Sequence record: PV611058.1
Strand: one strand, 5' to 3'
DNA length: 64,000 bases
Of the stretch, positions 17,887 to 27,611 are shown in pieces (positions within the stretch are counted from its first letter, which is position 1; each line of letters starts with the position of its first letter). A model generated the notes under the pieces. That model was not told the DNA's origin, made no database searches, and worked only from the letters and a program-made list of their open reading frames with translations. The position numbers and the translations under genes are program-made.

Positions 17887-18468
17887 TTAAGGTTTGTCCC
17901 ACCCACGATATACAAATTCTATGTGGTATCCTGAATTTAAATAATCCGCATTAACTATGTCAAATTGCATATTTCCAGTACTTGAATCATAAACTGGATT
18001 ACTAAACAGAATAGATAAAATTGCATCAGTACGGCTTGTGTTATTTGACTGTGCAATCATAGTTGAAGAACCAGCAGCAACAATTTGCACTGTGCCTGAT
18101 TCTAAAATAGTCTCATTGCTATTATACGCGATGTAGTCGATGAATACACGACTTTCACTTTCAATAATAACTTCAACACTCTCTTGGTTTTGTGGAATGT
18201 CTACTTCAAATGGACGGTTGATGATTTTGGATACCGTTCTCCACGGTGAGAATTCGGTAATTATTTCCACGTTCTCTTTACCAGAGTTTGGATCAGTTTC
18301 CCATGTACGCCCAGCAACTAAGCTTGCTGGGTCTGATGAGGAAGGTAGGCCGATGAATACACGACCCACATCAGTACTGAATCCTATCTGGCCTTTTTCC
18401 AACGCGTCTGGTAAGTCACGTTGCTTACCAGTTCTTACTTGCTGTAACGCAATTTGTTGTTGTGCCAT
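17887..18468 (-). CDS. Putative virion (neck/fibre-type) protein
   Basis: N-terminal QVRTGKQRDLP..LEKGQIGFSTDVGRVFIG motif typical of fibre/neck attachment modules. Confidence 0.55.
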   Translation of the reverse strand: MAQQQIALQQVRTGKQRDLPDALEKGQIGFSTDVGRVFIGLPSSSDPASLVAGRTWETDPNSGKENVEIITEFSPWRTVSKIINRPFEVDIPQNQESVEVIIESESRVFIDYIAYNSNETILESGTVQIVAAGSSTMIAQSNNTSRTDAILSILFSNPVYDSSTGNMQFDIVNADYLNSGYHIEFVYRGWDKP

Positions 18469-18496
18469 AAAAACTATCTCCTATAGTATTATAGGA

Positions 18497-19036
18497 TTAT
18501 TTAGCGTTTTCTTTAACTTCAGCAATACGCTCATTGATTAGTTGAGATACAACAGAGCTATCAACGGAAGAAAGAATTGATTCAGGAACTAGGGATTTCA
18601 AGTGTTTTACATAGTTTGCAACACTTTTTAGTTCTTTGGTTTTTAGTGCTTCTTTGATAATATCCAAATCTTCTTTTGAAGCTTCAACACGTTCAATAAC
18701 AACAACGTCTTCTTCTTCAACAACAGGTGCTAGTTCTTCAGCGATTACTTGTACTTCTTCAGATACTTTAATTTGTTCTTCAGTATCTACTACATATGAT
18801 TCGATTACTTCTGGTGCAACATTACGAGATACTTCATCAACACTAATATCTTCAGCAATTTTCTCTTTGATTACTTCTACTGGTTTTGCACCGCGAGATT
18901 TATAATCTTTAATATTAACTAGAAGTTTATTTGAAAGTTGTAGTTTGTCAATTTCTTCATCACTTAGTTTGATTACTTCATCTAAGGAGTAGCCTTTACT
19001 TTCTAGTGCACGAATTGTATATAGGTCTTGTTTCAT
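18497..19036 (-). CDS. Hypothetical acidic protein
   Basis: Start reassigned to MKQDL to avoid overlap with the upstream nuclease. Confidence 0.65.
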   Translation of the reverse strand: MKQDLYTIRALESKGYSLDEVIKLSDEEIDKLQLSNKLLVNIKDYKSRGAKPVEVIKEKIAEDISVDEVSRNVAPEVIESYVVDTEEQIKVSEEVQVIAEELAPVVEEEDVVVIERVEASKEDLDIIKEALKTKELKSVANYVKHLKSLVPESILSSVDSSVVSQLINERIAEVKENAK

Positions 19037-19040
19037 TTGT

Positions 19041-19760
19041 TTATGCTGTTCCATTTGATTCAATTTCTCCACGTAAAATATAGTATTGTTCAACTCTACC
19101 AATCCACATATCAACCGCATCCTTGAAGTCTTGTCCTTCAATAACGAATTCTTGATATTGTAAATTGTTAGGATCTTTTCTTACACAGATGAAAATTACA
19201 CCACGCTCAATATTTGTTCCAAACATTTGATTATGCGATAGTGCATATGCAGCGATTTGCATACGGTAATTTTCGATATGTTCCCATGTCTTTAATTTAC
19301 GGGAATTCTTATAGTCCATGATAGAAGGAATACCATCATGAACTCCAACTAAGTCAGTTGTTCCAGCCCATAATCCTTCATAGAATAATGGAACTTCCTG
19401 ACCCCACACTTCATTGATTCTAGGCCATGCTTCTTCTTGAATTTTGTCAGCCATTCTACGGGCCAGAACTCGTATCGGCATACCACCTTGGTGGTCTGGC
19501 TTTCCATCCAGACGATATTCTAAGTTCTCGTGCATAAAAGTACCAACAGTACATGCTTCTAATGTAATCTCATTAGCTTTCTCTTCACCAACAAATTCTC
19601 TCCATTTTTTCAACCCCTCATTGTCAGAGGTGGCACTAAGAATTGTTGTTACTGACGGCAGATTCCCTGTTGGAGTTGAATAAAGGCGACCTTCGGGGCC
19701 GCCTTCAATTCTTTTGTAATCAACGTATGTATATCTGCTAACAATTGGTGGTGTGTACAT
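19041..19760 (-). CDS. PD-(D/E)XK exonuclease (lambda-exo/Cas4-like fold)
   Basis: LPSVTTIL, GTFMHENLE, AGTTDLVG, IMDYKNS, MQIAAYA. Confidence 0.9.
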   Translation of the reverse strand: MYTPPIVSRYTYVDYKRIEGGPEGRLYSTPTGNLPSVTTILSATSDNEGLKKWREFVGEEKANEITLEACTVGTFMHENLEYRLDGKPDHQGGMPIRVLARRMADKIQEEAWPRINEVWGQEVPLFYEGLWAGTTDLVGVHDGIPSIMDYKNSRKLKTWEHIENYRMQIAAYALSHNQMFGTNIERGVIFICVRKDPNNLQYQEFVIEGQDFKDAVDMWIGRVEQYYILRGEIESNGTA

Positions 19761-19806
19761 CCGTGTACTCCTAATTATAGCATCGTATTTTTGTTTGTCT
19801 CAGTTT

Positions 19807-20136
19807 TTATTGCTTATTTGCTGCAACAGCAGCTTTTGTTGCCCAATCTTCAACTTGGTCTTCAGAGTTCTGTTCAACTTCACCAGTACTTTCTGAATCA
19901 TTACCAGTAAATGTTACAACATCCGAATTCGCATCTTGCACAAATGGCAAAGAGTTTAGAATATCCATCATAACATTATAAGGAACATCAATGTTGGTTC
20001 GCTTTTTGATTTCAGCGATTAAAGATTGTAGGTTCACTTCTTCGCGACCCGATGATACTAAAGACAACGCAATAGTAGTAATCATATTGCGTATGTCTTT
20101 ACCAGGAGCCTCTTCTGTAAGATCTTGAAATCTCAT
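19807..20136 (-). CDS. Hypothetical protein (candidate head protein)
   Basis: RBS; N-terminal MRFQDLTE-E. Confidence 0.65.
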   Translation of the reverse strand: MRFQDLTEEAPGKDIRNMITTIALSLVSSGREEVNLQSLIAEIKKRTNIDVPYNVMMDILNSLPFVQDANSDVVTFTGNDSESTGEVEQNSEDQVEDWATKAAVAANKQ

Positions 20137-20152
20137 TTAGATTCATCCTTAA

Positions 20153-20785
20153 TTATTTTTTAACGTATCCTAGTACACGTTTAACTTTCTTCTCGTTCTC
20201 AGATAGCCAAGTTTTCATTTCTTCTTTGTTTTTGAAGAATTTAGTACCTACAGTACCGCGAACACTTTCCATCTTAATACCAATTTGAGTTGGTTTTACA
20301 GATTCTTTCATTTCACGCTCAGTTGGTACTGGCTCAGAAATAATATCTTCTTCGAAATCAGCATCAGCACCCATGTCGAACGTTGGGGTGTCAGCAGCAA
20401 TGTCGATATCAACATCTTCACTACCAATATCAGAAACTGCTGGACCATCAGTGATATCACCAGTTAGTTTTAAAGTTTCAGTACTGATTTTGTCTTTAAC
20501 ATCCATTAGAGTAGTAACTGCATGTTGAAGTAGGTGGCGAACGCTATCACTAAAGTTCTGTGCAGCATCAAGACCTTGTTCCGCTTTGATACGGTCAAGT
20601 AGTGGACCTAGAACGTCAACGCCCATGTTATTGATTACTTCAGACTGACGTTGTAGTTTGTCAACGATTTCACCTTTAACAGAGAGAACGATTTCAGCTT
20701 TCTCAATATTAGATTCGTTCAATTTGATGAACTTCATTGCTTCAACACGTGAAGCAGATTCCATTAGTTTTTTGTAGTTAGACAT
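20153..20785 (-). CDS. Hypothetical protein (candidate processed head protein)
   Basis: Multiple LME-S, LNE-S, MKE-S motifs. Confidence 0.65.
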   Translation of the reverse strand: MSNYKKLMESASRVEAMKFIKLNESNIEKAEIVLSVKGEIVDKLQRQSEVINNMGVDVLGPLLDRIKAEQGLDAAQNFSDSVRHLLQHAVTTLMDVKDKISTETLKLTGDITDGPAVSDIGSEDVDIDIAADTPTFDMGADADFEEDIISEPVPTEREMKESVKPTQIGIKMESVRGTVGTKFFKNKEEMKTWLSENEKKVKRVLGYVKK

Positions 20786-20818
20786 TTGAATTTCCTTATA
20801 AAATATCACTAAATTTAT

Positions 20819-21496
20819 TTACTTTATATAACCTTCACTCTTTAGAAAGTTCAGTACACGCTCTTTGAGTTTGTATGCTTCAGCTTTCTTTTCAGCGATG
20901 ATGATATCTAAATCTTTTGCTTCATCGTACTTCGACTCATTCAGAACACGTTGACGTTTCTGTGCAGCCTTCAATGCTTCGGTAATTACATTGGTGTATT
21001 GTAAACCGGAACTGATGATACCAAGAACTTTTGCATCTGTCAACATTCTTCCTTCGTTGAGAAGGTTTACTAGTGTTAGTGCAGCTTCATACATCATAAT
21101 ATTATTCATGATAACTTGAGAACTATGATTACATTTAACACTGTATACTTTTGTTGATTTAGTACCTTGAATTTTTTCTTCTACTAAACTCCAGTTAGTT
21201 TTAGGTTTAGCAGGTGCACGTTGTACAACAGGTTGTGCTGGTTGGTGACCAAGCATGTGTTCATTGTATGGGGCGTGGAATGGAACAACATGTGGATGTG
21301 TCTGTTCTGGATCAACACCATAATTCATACCAGCTTCATTTAATGATGTCAAAATGTCGGTCATTGCACCGATATCACCACCTGACTTGTAAGGAACACC
21401 AGACGCATTATGGGTTGCACCAGCTTCAATGTCATTCAAACCGCTTAACAAATCAGCCATCTGATTAACTGATTGTTGATCGTACTCGTAATTCAT
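20819..21496 (-). CDS. Hypothetical protein
   Basis: 225 aa ORF, coupled to upstream gene. Confidence 0.7.
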   Translation of the reverse strand: MNYEYDQQSVNQMADLLSGLNDIEAGATHNASGVPYKSGGDIGAMTDILTSLNEAGMNYGVDPEQTHPHVVPFHAPYNEHMLGHQPAQPVVQRAPAKPKTNWSLVEEKIQGTKSTKVYSVKCNHSSQVIMNNIMMYEAALTLVNLLNEGRMLTDAKVLGIISSGLQYTNVITEALKAAQKRQRVLNESKYDEAKDLDIIIAEKKAEAYKLKERVLNFLKSEGYIK

Positions 21497-21711
21497 TTAT
21501 TACTCCTAACAGTTGAATACTCTTCAGTACCGTCATCTTTCTCAACAATATTTAGGACTCCACGAGATACCATTTTATCCGCTAGTTCCTGATAGTATTC
21601 GTTTACTTTTTCAACTGGCACGGAACCTCGTGCCTTAATTTTCTGTAATAGTCTGTATTCTTCGTTGGAAACCATAGTGTTGTGACCATGAACATTAGGT
21701 ACAGTTCTCAT
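21493..21711 (-). CDS. Hypothetical protein (winged-helix-like size)
   Basis: 72 aa, TAATG/ATGA overlaps on both sides. Confidence 0.65.
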   Translation of the reverse strand: MRTVPNVHGHNTMVSNEEYRLLQKIKARGSVPVEKVNEYYQELADKMVSRGVLNIVEKDDGTEEYSTVRSNK

Positions 21712-22673
21712 TATCGGCCTCGCATACGGTGACAGAAATCAATGATTTGATCTACCATCTCATCATTCTCTTGTTGTGCAGAGTTTGCCATTACACTTTC
21801 ATCACCATAGATATCATCTTCTTTTTCGATATCAGCGATTGCATGAATCATTTCACCCATACCTGGTGCGTGTTGTGTTAGTGGAGATGGTGAATTTGGA
21901 TTACCGTCTGGTTCCATACCAGGCTCACCCATCACTTCACTATTAATTTCTTGTGGTGATTTCTCTTCACGAATTGTAGTACTTTGATTTTGATTGTCAA
22001 CTGGAGTTACATCATCCAAAGGGAAAACATTCAATTCGTTTGGCTTAGTGCCACTTTTAGTTACTACTAAAGATTGCTGTGGGTTTTGCCCAGCATCGAT
22101 ACCAACAACAGGTTCAATTGAATCAGTACCGCTTTGATTCCCAGGGACGCTAACTTTAATGTTATTAGCATTACGTTGTAGTTCTGCTTGTTTAAGTTTA
22201 GCTTGGGTTTGTGGGTTCACTTGCTGTTGTTGCTGTGACACATTCATTTTAGCAATCTGTGTAGATTTTAATTGATTTTCTGGATTTTCCAAATTAGAGG
22301 ATAAATCCTCAAACACAATAGTTTTTAATTCTTGAATACTCAACTTAGAAACATCAGAGTATGTGAAGTTACTTTTGTATGCTTCAACTAAGTCTTTCAT
22401 TGTCATAGAATCAACTGTCTTATGCCAATCAGAACTTTCAACAATATGTTTAGTTACATTATCAGTACTGAAGTATGAGAAACTTTCACTCATTTGTGCT
22501 TTGTACTTTTGTAGAATTTGAAAAATTTCACGGTTATCTGAATTATCCATAGCGGCATTTAGTGTGATGAAATCACCCGCATCCATATTATCCAGTACAA
22601 CAGAAACATCAACATTCAAATTATGTGCGTCAGCAAACTTCTGTAGCTCCGCTGCTGTTTGGTTTATATCCAT
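21711..22673 (-). CDS. Hypothetical protein (candidate head protein)
   Basis: Late promoter TAAATA at 22724-22719, GGAG RBS. Confidence 0.7.
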   Translation of the reverse strand: MDINQTAAELQKFADAHNLNVDVSVVLDNMDAGDFITLNAAMDNSDNREIFQILQKYKAQMSESFSYFSTDNVTKHIVESSDWHKTVDSMTMKDLVEAYKSNFTYSDVSKLSIQELKTIVFEDLSSNLENPENQLKSTQIAKMNVSQQQQQVNPQTQAKLKQAELQRNANNIKVSVPGNQSGTDSIEPVVGIDAGQNPQQSLVVTKSGTKPNELNVFPLDDVTPVDNQNQSTTIREEKSPQEINSEVMGEPGMEPDGNPNSPSPLTQHAPGMGEMIHAIADIEKEDDIYGDESVMANSAQQENDEMVDQIIDFCHRMRGR

Positions 22674-22730
22674 AATTACTCCATATAAAATAAAAAAGAC
22701 CTCTGTCTTGCTTTATGATATTTATCACAA

Positions 22731-23123
22731 TTAAGAAAAGGTCTGTTTGCTGATGCTAATATTTGTATCATTACCTGTTGTGATAAATTTTGTAATTCTT
22801 TTACCATTTAATTCTGTAGGTAAAACTAATGGTATTCCATTCAAACGCAAATCAACATCCATTGGTATTGCGAATTTGAAAGTACTAAGAGTACATTTAC
22901 CCCATGAAACTGGAAGATTATAGAAAGATGCGTTGTTATCTTTATATAGATCTATTTCAGTTTTTACTACACTTACCATCATGGGATAATCATGTACCAT
23001 AATAGCCTCCAACAACCTCGACAAATTCATAGCACCTGTGAACTTAGAATCGATGATTGTTGGAGTTGTACCATCACCTATATCTACAACAGTATTAATT
23101 GTGTAGAAAGTATATGGTTTCAT
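22731..23123 (-). CDS. Hypothetical protein
   Basis: 130 aa ORF with RBS. Confidence 0.65.
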   Translation of the reverse strand: MKPYTFYTINTVVDIGDGTTPTIIDSKFTGAMNLSRLLEAIMVHDYPMMVSVVKTEIDLYKDNNASFYNLPVSWGKCTLSTFKFAIPMDVDLRLNGIPLVLPTELNGKRITKFITTGNDTNISISKQTFS

Positions 23124-23287
23124 TCAATATCCTTATTTTTAGTCTCAACAACTTTATATCCAAAGAAATTTGTAGGAGGCATTCTTCGAAGTAATGGGTA
23201 ATTTAATCCAGTACTGACTGATGCTACTGCACCTGCTGATGTTGCACCAGCAGAAGCATTTTCTTTTAGTTTAGTTTTCTTCTTCAT
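23120..23287 (-). CDS. Mini-protein resembling the mature MCP N-terminal arm
   Basis: LKENASAGATSAGAVASVSTGLNYPLLRRMPPT vs MCP LNESATSGATTAGNIATLNKVILPIMRRVMPT. Confidence 0.6.
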   Translation of the reverse strand: MKKKTKLKENASAGATSAGAVASVSTGLNYPLLRRMPPTNFFGYKVVETKNKDIE

Positions 23288-23288
23288 A

Positions 23289-23561
23289 TCAATTCCCTTT
23301 ATTACGTTTTTCATCAAGTGCTATGTTCTCCAAGCCCTTCTGAAACTTTTTATAATCTCGGTTCTTAATACTAAGAAATAAACGTTTCTTCAAATCTTCA
23401 GCATCAGTTTGGTTAAATTCATCTTCGATACTCTCCAATAAATGAATAACAGAGTTGATTGCATGATCTGCACGATTACCAAAACTCTGTAATGTATCTT
23501 TCTCTGGTGTATAGTCAACTATACTATCAAGTAGATTCTTTTTATTGGATTTACTAGACAT
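23289..23561 (-). CDS. Hypothetical protein
   Basis: 90 aa ORF in operon. Confidence 0.65.
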   Translation of the reverse strand: MSSKSNKKNLLDSIVDYTPEKDTLQSFGNRADHAINSVIHLLESIEDEFNQTDAEDLKKRLFLSIKNRDYKKFQKGLENIALDEKRNKGN

Positions 23562-23564
23562 TCA

Positions 23565-25085
23565 TTATTTCCTTTGATTTAACCATTGCTTCATTGCATT
23601 TACACGATCAGTACCAATGTGAGGCTGTTGAGGCTGGGATTCAGTTTGTGTAGAAGTGATTGGATCACTATCTGTATTTAGTGTTACGCTTTCAACACTC
23701 GGTGTAGTGCTTGGTTTAGGAGCACCAGAAAGCGTATGACGCAGTGTTTGCATTGTACTTGGTGGCATTGCCATGTTACCACCGCCGACCTTAGAGATGC
23801 CACTGTGACGGAATCCTGACCCATCAGTTTCGAATTGTTGGATTGTGGTTGCGTGGTCTAGTACACGAAGTGAATCGATATCATATGACATACGCAAACG
23901 TGAACCAACTGCACTACTGTTACGTGTTTTCTGGAAGTCAAACCAAAGTTCGCCAGTTTCTTTACGTGCTTCAATGTAGATAACGTTATCCGCAGTATAG
24001 ATTTTAGAAATACCACCAGCAATCTGACTTTGACTTTTCTTATCTTCATCCATACCACTACGGTTAAACTGTGACGCAGTGAAGACGGTCAAATCCATTT
24101 TGGTTGCTAGTGCACGCAATTCTTCAGATACAAATTTATCTTTTGTAAATGTATTAGATTTATCATTAGGACCAAGACGATTTGATGTTAATAGGTCAAG
24201 GTAGTCCACACAAACATAATCTAATTTGACTTCCATTTTAATTTGCAATTCACGAAGATAACTTTCAATATCATCAGTGGTTGTTACGGATTCTGGTAAA
24301 CGTTTAATACGCAATATACCACTATCCTTGCCTTCCATTTGAACTCGTAGACCAATCTTTTCAGCTTCGTTCTTAACGTTACTTAGCTTAGATTCAGTCA
24401 TCATACCATAGATACGAACGGCTACCAACTCTTCTGCTAGTTCTAGTGAAATGTATGCACCATTCATACCAGCCTTAGCAAAGTTAACTGCTAAGTTCTG
24501 TAGTACTACTGATTTACCACCACCAGACGCGGCTGCAAAGATTTCAAGTTCACGGCGACCAAAACCACCGAATAGTTTATAGTCAAGGGTTTCCCATCCA
24601 CTCTTGAATGAACCTTGCATAGTGCTCAATGAACGAATGGTATCTTCTGGATTTTCAAAGATATCAAGACCCAACTCATTCTGTACAGATACTAACATAG
24701 CTTCACGAATGAGTTCTTCGATGCCACCATATTTTTTCTGATGTACTAATTCCATACCTTTCTCTACTGCTAGAGCTAGAGCTTTGTGACGGCAAAACTC
24801 ACTACAGGTATCCAGTACTGCCTGTTTATGAAGTTCTTGTACTTCATAATGATCATACTGATAACCACCTTTCACTTCGATATCTTTCAGTGTAGGGGAT
24901 GAACTATATTTTGCTGCATAATCATGAACGTACTGAATACTTTCATGAAATGTTTTATCAAAATATTCTGGCTTTAGAATATTTTTACAACGTACAAATA
25001 AATCTGGATTACTGAAAACTTGGGATAGTAAGTATTGTTGTGCATTAATCCCATACTGTTTGACGTCCACTGTGCTTTGAATCAT
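23565..25085 (-). CDS. gp41: Replicative DnaB-like helicase
   Basis: FAAASGGGKS, YISLELAEE, VCVDYLDLL, VSEELRALA, FTASQFNR. Confidence 0.93.
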   Translation of the reverse strand: MIQSTVDVKQYGINAQQYLLSQVFSNPDLFVRCKNILKPEYFDKTFHESIQYVHDYAAKYSSSPTLKDIEVKGGYQYDHYEVQELHKQAVLDTCSEFCRHKALALAVEKGMELVHQKKYGGIEELIREAMLVSVQNELGLDIFENPEDTIRSLSTMQGSFKSGWETLDYKLFGGFGRRELEIFAAASGGGKSVVLQNLAVNFAKAGMNGAYISLELAEELVAVRIYGMMTESKLSNVKNEAEKIGLRVQMEGKDSGILRIKRLPESVTTTDDIESYLRELQIKMEVKLDYVCVDYLDLLTSNRLGPNDKSNTFTKDKFVSEELRALATKMDLTVFTASQFNRSGMDEDKKSQSQIAGGISKIYTADNVIYIEARKETGELWFDFQKTRNSSAVGSRLRMSYDIDSLRVLDHATTIQQFETDGSGFRHSGISKVGGGNMAMPPSTMQTLRHTLSGAPKPSTTPSVESVTLNTDSDPITSTQTESQPQQPHIGTDRVNAMKQWLNQRK

Positions 25086-25111
25086 TTATGTTCCCTCATT
25101 TATATCCTGTG

Positions 25112-26167
25112 TTACATCCACTTATCCGTTTGTGCTTTAATATAGAAAGGCTCGTCAACTATACTATCATGTATCAGTTGTAAACAAAATAATCTTCCAA
25201 ATCTAGCACATGCTTCGTCAAAATCTTTAATGTGACGTATAGTACTTCCAACACGTACTGCCCCAAAATCTGGGAAAGAAACACTAAATCCATATTCTAG
25301 TGCTTGTTCAATTGTTTGTAACCCATCCTTATCACGGTCAGGTACGATAACAATCTTTTTACCTTTTTCTTGTGCAGCTTTAAGTACATCTATTTGTACT
25401 GCTGACAATTTAAAGTTATTTGCAGAAACACCACCCATTAGTGCTGCATCCATTGGACCTTCACAAACTAATATAGTTTTAATTCGTTCATCTTGTAACA
25501 GATCATAATTATATAGAATATTTGTACTGACCTGATTAATAAAACGATAGGTACTTCCTGGGTCTTTAAGTTTGTGTCTAGCAGTATATCCGATAATTTT
25601 ACCGTTCATAACGTATGGTATGATAAATCGGTCATACATTTTATGTTCTTTAGCTGGACTCCAATACAATTCTAAATCTAATAGATATGGATTTCGCTCA
25701 TTCACATGATTCAGAACACTAATAAATTCTTGTGGTATTTGCTCTTCTGGTAACGATGCCCATTCCCAGAATGTTTTTGAGTTCGGTGGTAATTCACGAA
25801 CAGTTACACGTTGATATAGTTTAGATGCAGTAGTTTCTTGTTCTGCAAAGTCTCCACTATCAACCATTTCTTTAATGTAAAATTTAGCTAGTTCTATTTC
25901 CTTATCCTGTGCACCAAAAGAAATGAGCAAAGACTCCATATCTTTGCTCATATATTTTCCAGGTTGCCACCCAGTTTTTAGACTACAGTTAAAACAGTTA
26001 TAAGAAACAGAACCATCTGCATTAAACATATGATTGCCGCGATTTTTAGTATCGGGGCGTGAATGACCACGGAACACACAAGCAGGACAATTGTGATGTG
26101 TCCACATACCAATTCCTGGTACTGGGTCATTCATGATTTGTGCCATGATGTTTTGTACAGCGTTCAT
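25112..26167 (-). CDS. gp61: DNA primase
   Basis: Zn finger CPAC...CFNC; RFIIP, GYTAR, TOPRIM VCEGPMDA, VPDRDKDG. Confidence 0.92.
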   Translation of the reverse strand: MNAVQNIMAQIMNDPVPGIGMWTHHNCPACVFRGHSRPDTKNRGNHMFNADGSVSYNCFNCSLKTGWQPGKYMSKDMESLLISFGAQDKEIELAKFYIKEMVDSGDFAEQETTASKLYQRVTVRELPPNSKTFWEWASLPEEQIPQEFISVLNHVNERNPYLLDLELYWSPAKEHKMYDRFIIPYVMNGKIIGYTARHKLKDPGSTYRFINQVSTNILYNYDLLQDERIKTILVCEGPMDAALMGGVSANNFKLSAVQIDVLKAAQEKGKKIVIVPDRDKDGLQTIEQALEYGFSVSFPDFGAVRVGSTIRHIKDFDEACARFGRLFCLQLIHDSIVDEPFYIKAQTDKWM

Positions 26168-26196
26168 AATTTAATCCTTGTTATTTCTCACAAATG

Positions 26197-26225
26197 ATTA
26201 TAGCACAAACACTTGTTTTGTCTCA
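26197..26225 (-). promoter_or_regulatory. TGAGAC-N17-TATAAT promoter of the primase-helicase operon
   Basis: tgagacaaaacaagtgtttgtgctataat. Confidence 0.7.
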
Positions 26226-27200
26226 CCTGCGAATCAAAATTTTAGGAACTGACAGTAGTGGGTCATAGACTTTTCTTACTGCCGCATAGTCATAAGGAAC
26301 TGGAACGATCTTAGGATGAATACAAACAACCAATCGCAACCACATGTAATTACCTTTAAAATTAAATGCTTGAATCCCATCTAACGCTTTAGGGAATCCA
26401 TTTTCATCAATATCATTTTCGATATATTCTTTACCATCCAATTTAACAATAAACCATTTATAGTTTTCGTTATCAGTTGGTACGTTATTACACAAACATC
26501 CTTGTAATTGAATTCTACCAATAAATTTATCAAAGTACATTGCAATAGTACTAAGACCATCAACTAATCCGTACTGCATTTGTGCAGGAAGGGGAGATGT
26601 TGCCATTATATCAAATTCACCAATAACGCCACGAGCGATTGGTTCATGATACAAGCGTTTGATGGTAGTCCATGCTGGGTTTTTATTAACAGATACTTCA
26701 ATACTTGGCACAAACACAGGAGCAGCTTGGTCGGAAATGATCAATTCAGCAGAGGCTTCATAATCAAGACCAGTGTATAAGTACTGTGTAGGTTCAATCA
26801 AGGAACCATCCATTGTTACTTTAGTAATACTCCATCTATATTTTGAACCAGGACTAGTATCCTGAATTACACCAGCAGGAACAATACATCCATAATATAC
26901 TTTTTTACTATTACCTAATGTTTGTCTTGCTTGTCCACTTTCTGATAGCCATGATGGTTTTTGTTTATCCAGAACTACATCGAATAATTTAGTATTGTTT
27001 CTAGCATCAAAAATCATGAATGTTAGATATTCGTTATCTTTTAGTAATGTATATTTTCCATCAGCGTTATGCACTGTGAATGATAAATTGTTATTTGCAC
27101 CTCTGTATATTGTAAGTTTCTCATTGCTGTATGGCATATTAAAATTGCCCAATGATACTTCTTGGTTATAAGGGTACATAAACACGCCGTGATGAGCCAT
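26223..27200 (-). CDS. Putative structural protein (BppU/Ig-like N-terminus)
   Basis: Late promoter 27247-27242; start MAHHG with GGAAGG RBS; TIYRGANNNLSFTVHNAD motif. Confidence 0.6.
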   Translation of the reverse strand: MAHHGVFMYPYNQEVSLGNFNMPYSNEKLTIYRGANNNLSFTVHNADGKYTLLKDNEYLTFMIFDARNNTKLFDVVLDKQKPSWLSESGQARQTLGNSKKVYYGCIVPAGVIQDTSPGSKYRWSITKVTMDGSLIEPTQYLYTGLDYEASAELIISDQAAPVFVPSIEVSVNKNPAWTTIKRLYHEPIARGVIGEFDIMATSPLPAQMQYGLVDGLSTIAMYFDKFIGRIQLQGCLCNNVPTDNENYKWFIVKLDGKEYIENDIDENGFPKALDGIQAFNFKGNYMWLRLVVCIHPKIVPVPYDYAAVRKVYDPLLSVPKILIRR

Positions 27201-27257
27201 AGTTTTTCCTTCCATAAATAATAGGTATAAATTTATACTAATATTTATGGAACTCAT

Positions 27258-27611
27258 ATGAATCAATATAATACTATTCCACCATTTATCACGGTAGTTC
27301 AGTGTGATGGTAAAACTTTCATTGGTATTATCAAGATAAAAAGTAAACAGTATACTACTCTTTACTGCTTTGATGATATGGATGAACCAATGCAAGATGA
27401 ATTGTTGGGTATAGCACATGATTGGTGGTGGCAAAGCAACAGGTCAATTCCAGTCTGTCTATTCTTCCAAGAAGAGATGGAGAAATTTGAACCTTACACA
27501 CAGAGATTCGATACCCCTGCGGTGAATTTCGTTTGTGGTCCAGTAGTTTCTTTAAGTGATTTGCCACAAAAACGCATCAAGCGTCGTAATGTGGCTCTTA
27601 AGAAGAAGTAA
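27258..27611 (+). CDS. Conserved-type hypothetical protein, divergent late gene
   Basis: TAAATA at 27215-27220; WWWQSNRSIP motif. Confidence 0.7.
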   Translation: MNQYNTIPPFITVVQCDGKTFIGIIKIKSKQYTTLYCFDDMDEPMQDELLGIAHDWWWQSNRSIPVCLFFQEEMEKFEPYTQRFDTPAVNFVCGPVVSLSDLPQKRIKRRNVALKKK

